DNA of 13,262 nt from an uncultured archaeon. GTDB lineage: Archaea > Asgardarchaeota > Heimdallarchaeia > Heimdallarchaeales > Kariarchaeaceae. Positions within the stretch are counted from its first letter, which is position 1; each line of letters opens with the position of its first letter. Shown here piece after piece: positions 7,328-13,262 of the stretch. The DNA lies in contig CAZYCQ010000074.1 in NCBI GenBank assembly GCA_964645535.1, positions 1 to 13,262 on the forward strand. The letters run 5' to 3'. The notes under the pieces are model-generated. The model was not told the origin of the DNA, searched no databases, and worked only from the letters and a program-made list of their open reading frames with translations. Position numbers and translations under genes: made by a program.

Positions 7328-8911
7328 TTGAATTCCCAAAATCAAGACAATATTGACAAAATGATCGCCATCATTAGGAAATTTGTCAATCAAAGACCAA
7401 GCGAATATGAGGACGTGTTAATCTCTTATAAAAAAATGATTGAGGAATGGGGTAAAATCATTCCGTTATCAGAAGTCTTCAATTCATCCCCCATCTGTTC
7501 AAAAGTCGATAATCTCGGACAACCATTCAGCTTTATGCATGAGGCAACGCGGGTGCAGTTGACGGTTCACAAAGAATATTTTGATCTGAAGATTTCAGTA
7601 GTCCCATTGATTGCAGCGAAAGTAATTTTCCTCTTTCTTATGCACCAGACCCCCAAATCGATTCCTGAGAAAAAAGAAACAATGCAAGAAACGGCTCTAT
7701 TCATAGCATATTATCTTCTTGATGACAAGATCGCCAAACGGAAATTCTGGGCAATGTGGACACAGGTCAGGAAAGCAAGCAACCAGTCAAATTATGTTCG
7801 GCAAATCAGACCCTTTCTCCAAGACATTTCACGGATACGCAAGGATCAGGCAATCAAAAAACTCATAGCAATCGATTCCAAGGAACACCGAAAATTGAGA
7901 CAGTATCCCTACAGTGCAATCCCGTTTCCGGAACTGAAAGAGAAATGGAACCAAGTGCTACACCTGATCACAAATCATGAGGGAAAACAGAACGAAATGG
8001 CGATTTTGCTCAATATCAGTCAATCACGTTTTTCACAGCTTTTCAGAGAATTGAAACTTTATCAGATCGTTGTACCGGTCATTGAGTTCCGTCCTGAAAG
8101 ACTTGGATTCAAGCAACTTTTCATGATGATCGTGGGTGATGGGGATCTTGAAAGTATTATTGTGGGGAATTTCAGTTACCTACAAGAATTGATATCCATC
8201 CAAGTGCGTCCAGACAAGTGGCTATATCTCATAAGATTCATCAAACCATTGCGGGAGAAAATGGAACCTCTATTGGCAAAATACAAAGGACTTGAAGACT
8301 GTGGGGAACTGATGCCGAAGTATTCCTTCCAATTTGATGCCGTCGGTCTATTCAAAAGTAATGATCAGAAATTGGCGAGCAGTTGTCCGCTCAAAAATCA
8401 TTTTGCATATTCTAATATCGTTGATCTTTCAGATGATGAAAAAATGGTTTTGGCCCAAGTACTTAAGGAACAGACTACAGAGATCGATGTCATCAGGAGG
8501 GTCTGTAAGAAACGGATGAAAACGGTTTCGGATTACCTTAGGAAATTCAAGGAAGAAAAAATTGTCTATATGAGATATCGAACAATCAAGCGTCCAGATT
8601 ATCAATATCAGGTTGCGTTGATCAAGTTGGATAATGAGATGCGAATGGAAAAGTTACAGAGGGCATTGAAAGGAGCAATTCCTTTTGTAGAGGGACATTT
8701 GCTTAAGGGAGTAAAGGGCATATACGCATTCATAAAGTTAGGGGGAGAGGCCCGCCACCTTATCAGAGGGCAACAATTGATTGAGGGAGAATTGATGAAG
8801 AAAATCACCCTGCACACATATCATCAAATGAATCCTCCCAAACCACGCATTTCTTTTAGGGGATCGTGGATTTTCCGTTATGACCGATTTAAATTTCTAA
8901 ATGTCATTTGA
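7328..8911 (+). CDS. Putative transcriptional regulator with two tandem Lrp/AsnC-like (wHTH + RAM-like) modules and an unknown N-terminal domain
   Basis: HTH1 KQNEMAILLNISQSRFSQLFRELK is followed by an Lrp-type linker RPERLGF and beta strands. HTH2 is LSDDEKMVL...MKTVSDYLRKFKEEKIV. The start may be TTG 7328 or ATG 7361. Confidence 0.65.
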   Translation: MNSQNQDNIDKMIAIIRKFVNQRPSEYEDVLISYKKMIEEWGKIIPLSEVFNSSPICSKVDNLGQPFSFMHEATRVQLTVHKEYFDLKISVVPLIAAKVIFLFLMHQTPKSIPEKKETMQETALFIAYYLLDDKIAKRKFWAMWTQVRKASNQSNYVRQIRPFLQDISRIRKDQAIKKLIAIDSKEHRKLRQYPYSAIPFPELKEKWNQVLHLITNHEGKQNEMAILLNISQSRFSQLFRELKLYQIVVPVIEFRPERLGFKQLFMMIVGDGDLESIIVGNFSYLQELISIQVRPDKWLYLIRFIKPLREKMEPLLAKYKGLEDCGELMPKYSFQFDAVGLFKSNDQKLASSCPLKNHFAYSNIVDLSDDEKMVLAQVLKEQTTEIDVIRRVCKKRMKTVSDYLRKFKEEKIVYMRYRTIKRPDYQYQVALIKLDNEMRMEKLQRALKGAIPFVEGHLLKGVKGIYAFIKLGGEARHLIRGQQLIEGELMKKITLHTYHQMNPPKPRISFRGSWIFRYDRFKFLNVI

Positions 8912-8915
8912 TTGG

Positions 8916-8929
8916 CGAAATTTTTATAT
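8916..8929 (+). promoter_or_regulatory. Archaeal-type BRE + TATA promoter, likely leaderless transcript
   Basis: CGAAA-TTTTTATAT, with the TATA centred ~27 nt upstream of ATG 8953. Confidence 0.6.
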
Positions 8930-8952
8930 TTCAGTTCAAGGGATGATTTCCT

Positions 8953-10272
8953 ATGGGAGATGCTGCACCTCAGTCCGTGAGAGGTGTGGCTACCTCCCCA
9001 AACATAGTCCATATCTACCATGTCCTTCCGTTTTTCGTGCCTAATCCGTCATTTGAAGGGATGAAGTTTTCAGGAAAGGAGTTGGTATTCAGGGAATGGG
9101 CACGTTCCTCTTTTCAAATTCTAAGAGCCAATGAGAAAGAGTATTGCAACAACCAAAACATCGAATTGCCGTCATCCATTCCCAAGATTGCTCAAATAAA
9201 AACCACAGATCCCGGATCATGGATAACATCCCTTCTTCTTGCAGAGAGCGGTGTTGGAGCATATGTAATCAAAGGAACCAGTACTGGTCTTGAAAACATG
9301 CAAGAGGAGATCAAGAATATCGAGAAGTTAAGGACGGGCATTCCAAAGAGATTGAATGAAACGTTCGGATCCCAATACCGCAAAGGAGAATGGCAGACCC
9401 TGATCGTCATGAAAGGAACTGATAAAAATGTCTCATTCCTAAAAACTGTCCTTGCTGGGAGATGGCGTTCACTTGCCTCCGAGAAAATTCACAAGGAAGT
9501 TCATTTCATTTCCGGAAATTCAGTAGTCGGATATGTAATGAACAAAACAGCCAAAAAAATCCAAAAAATTCGAATTCTCCTTTTGAATGCATGCGTTCAA
9601 GCCAATGCCTGCTGCTTAGTCACCAAGAATTTCGGAAGTATTGCCCCTCATCTAGCGGAAGAGAGAGACTGGCTCATTCTCATGCATTGGTTGAACCCGT
9701 GGATACTGGCAGGGTACATAGGAAGAAGGAGCCCCCATTGGGGAATGTATCTCCAATTGATCAGAGCAATCATTGAGAGGAAAGACTGTTCCATTTCATT
9801 CAGAGGAATGCTGATAGGGTTTATCACGACCCAACCTCTCGACGAAAAGATCCTACTTCTGGCGAAAGCCGCCTATACCGTCCCTCCGGACAAAAGAAGC
9901 AATTATGTCCCGATTGTCCTGCCACCTGCCCAAAAAAGGTATAATCAAACAAACAAGGGAGATAAGATTGCACAGAATGACATCATCCAGGCTCTTCTCA
10001 GGCAAGCCGATCTCTACATCAGCGGAGATGCCGCCACATCCTTCATGACAGTCAGCAAGGTATGTGAAGAAATTGGAGACAGGAATCGAAGACGGACACA
10101 AGAGGTAAGAGCACTCCTCGAGCATCTTGTCGATCAGGGTTACCTCAAGAAAAAACAGTATACGGGATCTGGAAGAAAAGACAAGACTTACCAATATTCC
10201 ATGAGAACAATCGATGACGATCGGAGAAAGTTGATTACAGACTATATCATTGATTTATTTAAGGAGGGGTAG
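8953..10272 (+). CDS. Hypothetical protein (439 aa) with C-terminal winged helix-turn-helix
   Basis: Long ORF with its own promoter. The C-terminus MTVSKVCEEIG...EVRALLEHLVDQGYLKKKQYTGSGRKDKTYQY fits a wHTH with a wing. The N-terminal ~330 aa are not recognised. Confidence 0.6.
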   Translation: MGDAAPQSVRGVATSPNIVHIYHVLPFFVPNPSFEGMKFSGKELVFREWARSSFQILRANEKEYCNNQNIELPSSIPKIAQIKTTDPGSWITSLLLAESGVGAYVIKGTSTGLENMQEEIKNIEKLRTGIPKRLNETFGSQYRKGEWQTLIVMKGTDKNVSFLKTVLAGRWRSLASEKIHKEVHFISGNSVVGYVMNKTAKKIQKIRILLLNACVQANACCLVTKNFGSIAPHLAEERDWLILMHWLNPWILAGYIGRRSPHWGMYLQLIRAIIERKDCSISFRGMLIGFITTQPLDEKILLLAKAAYTVPPDKRSNYVPIVLPPAQKRYNQTNKGDKIAQNDIIQALLRQADLYISGDAATSFMTVSKVCEEIGDRNRRRTQEVRALLEHLVDQGYLKKKQYTGSGRKDKTYQYSMRTIDDDRRKLITDYIIDLFKEG

Positions 10273-10408
10273 GTGGGCCATTATAGGTAAGGTCCTCATC
10301 GTCATCTCCGCCACCCATGAAAAGGGTCACCGCGGCAATGGTCGTAATTGCAATCCATGAAAGGATCATCATTGTTGGAAATGCTAGAACGATGTTCATG
10401 CTAACCAT
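10259..10408 (-). CDS. Candidate 49-aa single-pass membrane peptide
   Basis: Hand translation: MVSMNIVLAFPTMMILSWIAITTIAAVTLFMGGGDDDEDLTYNGPPTPP*. It has ~30 uncharged, mostly hydrophobic residues followed by an acidic/Pro tail. It overlaps the end of the 439-aa gene convergently by 14 nt and is shorter than any ORF in the track. Confidence 0.5.
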   Translation of the reverse strand: MVSMNIVLAFPTMMILSWIAITTIAAVTLFMGGGDDDEDLTYNGPPTPP

Positions 10409-10569
10409 AGATATGGCATGCGCAAAACCTGCCTGTTTTGCTCCATGAGAGGCATTGACCGATGTCGCAGATCAATGGCACATGAAACATTCATTCGAAT
10501 AGAATACCTTGGCAAAAACATCAGATATAAGTTCGGGCAAAAAACACCCGAATCAGACCTCCAAACACC

Positions 10570-10601
10570 ATTTCAACTTTGATTGAATCCTCCCTTGAAG
10601 C
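10570..10601 (-). repeat. Isolated degenerate CRISPR-repeat-like sequence
   Basis: Minus strand GCTTCAAGGGAGGATTCAA-----TCAAAGTTGAAAT vs repeat GTTACAATAGAGGTTTCTAGCTGGTCTAGATTGAAAG: 22 of 32 aligned bases match with one 5-nt gap, and the TTGAAA end is kept. Confidence 0.3.
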
Positions 10602-10720
10602 AAAAAGCCAGAATTTTTGCACAGCCGGGCGACAGCAAGAGCGGCAGGAATTTGTAAAAAACATTCAGAAACCAGTTCAGGACTAACTTCAAAAAGACAA
10701 CACCATGGGAAAGATTCTCA

Positions 10721-11653
10721 TCATTCCCGGTCAAGCAATCGTTTCAATTGTTCCTTCTGTTCTGCTGTCAGTTCAGCATGCAATTTCTCGATTCCCAAAA
10801 GTTCAATCAATTGGGAGAAGGAAATATTTTCAATGACCCTGTTGATACCAATCTGGTTGATCACCCGTTCAATCCCAATCTGGTCGATCACCCGTTCAAT
10901 CCCAATCTGGTCGATCACCCGTTCAATCCCAATCTGGTCGATCACCCGTTCAATTCCAACCTTCTCAATTATTCTATCGATACCTATTACCTCTATTGCC
11001 CTTTCAATACCCATTTCCTCAAGAACCCTGTCAAAACCGATGCTTTCAACTGCTGCACGGATGCTGAGAGAACGGGGGTCTATATCTATGTTTTCCGCCT
11101 CTGCCACTTCCATTACCTCGTCCTTATAGAGAAAATACGAATATGACGTAATAAAAGTTTCCTTGTTCCTGAGAGCATTGGCAATTACCGGACGTCTGAT
11201 TGGTTTGGATGCAAAAAGCCTGAGAAACTGGTTTGCATTGTCATACTCCAAGTGGTCAAGTTCAACGACCAGTACATGAAGTTTATCTTGAACCAAATAA
11301 ATACCAGGTGCCATCCGCTCAGTATTAGAAACAAGAAATGTAGGGATCCGGATCCCACCTCCGAGAATAAACATGAGTGACAATTCAGGTTCCCGTTCAT
11401 GTCCAATAGTGGAAAGGTGTAGATATGCCTTTGCCAATCCTCCATAGAATTCTTTCATGTCAAACCTATCTCGTTCACTCTTGAATTCACCCAAAATGAT
11501 TGCATTGGCATAGCAAAAAGGAGAAGGTAACGATCCATTGTTCTCAATCATGAAATCTAGCCTTAGATTCGCGGAAGGAACATCCAGTTCAGTCACAATA
11601 TTGGCATGGAGGTATGTCTTCAGGAAATTCTTGAAACTGGCATCCCAAGCCAT
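10721..11653 (-). CDS. PD-(D/E)xK nuclease-fold protein (Rpn/YhgA-like) with C-terminal 9-aa tandem repeats
   Basis: WDASFK N-terminus and an E...RLDFMI...ILGEFKS catalytic-type motif. The C-terminus has about ten IGIERVIDQ-like repeats. Confidence 0.7.
   Translation of the reverse strand: MAWDASFKNFLKTYLHANIVTELDVPSANLRLDFMIENNGSLPSPFCYANAIILGEFKSERDRFDMKEFYGGLAKAYLHLSTIGHEREPELSLMFILGGGIRIPTFLVSNTERMAPGIYLVQDKLHVLVVELDHLEYDNANQFLRLFASKPIRRPVIANALRNKETFITSYSYFLYKDEVMEVAEAENIDIDPRSLSIRAAVESIGFDRVLEEMGIERAIEVIGIDRIIEKVGIERVIDQIGIERVIDQIGIERVIDQIGIERVINQIGINRVIENISFSQLIELLGIEKLHAELTAEQKEQLKRLLDRE
10848..10955. repeat. 27-bp coding tandem repeat, 4 near-identical copies
   Basis: Unit CCAATCTGGTCGATCACCCGTTCAATC at 10848, 10875, 10902 and 10929. 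Degenerate copies flank it at protein level. Confidence 0.95.
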
Positions 11654-11675
11654 AATATTTTGCCATTCCCAGAAG

Positions 11676-11689
11676 ATTTATGGTTTTGG
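11676..11689 (-). promoter_or_regulatory. Possible BRE/TATA-like promoter of the Rpn-like gene
   Basis: Minus strand CCAAAACCATAAAT, with ATAAAT 23-28 nt upstream of ATG 11653. There is no RBS, consistent with a leaderless mRNA. Confidence 0.35.
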
Positions 11690-11725
11690 GTCAAAACGGA
11701 TCCAGAGATAGAGCCTTGGATTCAT

Positions 11726-11731
11726 AAAAAA
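11726..11731 (-). terminator. Possible oligo-T terminator after the CRISPR trailer repeat
   Basis: T6 run on the minus strand ~25 nt past the terminal degenerate repeat. Confidence 0.2.
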
Positions 11732-11756
11732 TGATGTTGGTGAATATGAATAAGAA

Positions 11757-13262
11757 CTTTCAATCTAGATAACCTCTATTGTAGCAGTCAAATTATAACA
11801 GGAATTGGTGTTTGCAATTGGCTTTCAATCCAGACCAGCTAGAAACCTCTATTGTAACGGCGGGGTAGAACCCTACCTGATCAATTGCACCGAACTTTCA
11901 ATCTAGACTTGCTAGAAACCTCTATTGTAACCAGCAGGTGGAGGAATGGCTATGACGGATGATTGCTATCCTTTCAATCTAGACTTGCTAGAAACCTCTA
12001 TTGTAACTATTTACCTTGTCCATTCCCTTGCGAATAAAGGAAGCTTTCAATCTAGACAAGCTAGAAACCTCTATTGTAACGGATGCCGGTAAATGCCCGC
12101 ATGTCGGACCGATCCCTCTTTCAATCTAGACAAGCTAGAAACCTCTATTGTAACGACATCCGCATCCGTAAACTGGAGGTGTCTGAATGAGTCTTTCAAT
12201 CTAGACAAGCTAGAAACCTCTATTGTAACCTTGAGGATAAATTGGAGGGTATGTGAATGGGGAACAATCTTTCAATCTAGACAAGCTAGAAACCTCTATT
12301 GTAACCGTTGGATTTTTTTTGAAGTGCCTCCCCGAACATGAGCCGCAGCTTTCAATCTAGACAAGCTAGAAACCTCTATTGTAACGAATGGAGGGATTTG
12401 GATGCAGCAGCACGAATGACGCTTTCAATCTAGACAAGCTAGAAACCTCTATTGTAACTTTGTTTTATTCCGTTAGTGACCTATTTGGCCACTTTCAATC
12501 TAGACAAGCTAGAAACCTCTATTGTAACTTGGCTCGTGCGTTGGTAGGACAACCTGCCAAAAACCGCTTTCAATCTAGACCAGCTAGAAACCTCTATTGT
12601 AACCCATTGGATTTGATTATAGGCATTATTGATGTGGATCTTTCAATCTAGACCAGCTAGAAACCTCTATTGTAACTGTTTCTTGGGAATTGATCAACCA
12701 TTGTGCCTTATCCACTTTCAATCTAGACCAGCTAGAAACCTCTATTGTAACCATTCGTATTCCCAATCGGTCGGTGGTTGATCAACGCTTTCAATCTAGA
12801 CCAGCTAGAAACCTCTATTGTAACATGGCGTTGGCAATTGTAGATCAAGATCAAATTCCACTTTCAATCTAGACCAGCTAGAAACCTCTATTGTAACCAC
12901 GCGACCGCCCTCCTCGCGGCATCCGCCGTCCTTCTTTCAATCTAGACCAGCTAGAAACCTCTATTGTAACGTCAGACTGCCCTTTTTAGGATAAGCAGCT
13001 GTGAACTGCTTTCAATCTAGACCAGCTAGAAACCTCTATTGTAACCATTGCTCGTTAAAACAGCATTGGATAGAGATAGTTCTTTCAATCTAGACCAGCT
13101 AGAAACCTCTATTGTAACTACCCAAAAGCAACGGATTGATGGACGCCTTCAAGTCTTTCAATCTAGACCAGCTAGAAACCTCTATTGTAACAATCCATCG
13201 ATGACGTGCTTCTCCTCTATGTCGACAGCTTTCAATCTAGACCAGCTAGAAACCTCTATTGT
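11757..13262 (-). CRISPR. CRISPR array, trailer end: 21 repeats (first degenerate, last cut by window edge), 20 unique spacers of 33-43 nt
   Basis: Plus-strand repeat CTTTCAATCTAGAC(CA/AA/TT)GCTAGAAACCTCTATTGTAAC, 37 bp. The minus strand ends in ATTGAAAG and has a TCTAG/CTAGA stem. The 29-bp degenerate repeat at 11757-11785 marks the trailer, so the leader lies beyond the right edge. Confidence 0.99.

Noticed and set aside
10848-10955. Second CRISPR array
   Set aside because: The units are contiguous with no spacers; this is a coding tandem repeat.
10617-11146. Plus-strand repetitive ORFs of 170 and 132 aa
   Set aside because: They are open only because the 27-bp repeat lacks stops, and they are antisense to the Rpn-like gene.
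7328-11653. cas1, cas2, cas4, transposase or tRNA between the operon and the array
   Set aside because: No matching motifs, terminal repeats or cloverleaf were seen. The PD-(D/E)xK protein lacks the Cas4 cysteine cluster.
11684-11756. Additional degenerate repeat or leader left of the array
   Set aside because: There is no alignable repeat at the expected spacing, and repeat polarity and degeneracy identify this as the trailer end.
12752-12787. Spacer 14 resembling the 27-bp repeat of the Rpn-like gene (self-targeting)
   Set aside because: Only short gapped matches (TCCCAATC, TGGTTGATCA) that are not collinear; consistent with chance.
12093-12872. ORFs inside the CRISPR array
   Set aside because: They are translations of repeat-spacer units.

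Overview
This window holds a probably archaeal (possibly Asgard-like) CRISPR-Cas locus. A tightly coupled minus-strand operon encodes a type I-D-like interference module: a 586-aa Zn-ribbon large subunit with no HD domain, Cas7 (Csc2-like), Cas5 (Csc1-like, with a ~170-aa insertion), Cas6, a stand-alone Cas3'' HD nuclease, and a Cas3' SF2 helicase. The helicase runs off the left edge and is missing from the ORF track. Two divergently transcribed winged-helix proteins follow: a tandem Lrp/AsnC-like protein and an unknown protein with a C-terminal wHTH. Next come a 49-aa candidate membrane peptide, a structured intergenic stretch with a degenerate CRISPR-repeat-like sequence, and a PD-(D/E)xK Rpn-like gene with 9-aa tandem repeats. 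The window ends in the trailer end of a CRISPR array (37-bp repeat, 21 repeats and 20 spacers visible, transcribed on the minus strand). No cas1, cas2 or cas4 is in the window. The most notable points are the rearranged I-D architecture (HD detached from the large subunit), the Cas5 insertion, a probable hidden Cas11 start, a non-canonical Walker A in Cas3', and four spacers that cover ribosome-binding-site/start-codon junctions. All family calls rest on motif recognition by eye, not database searches.
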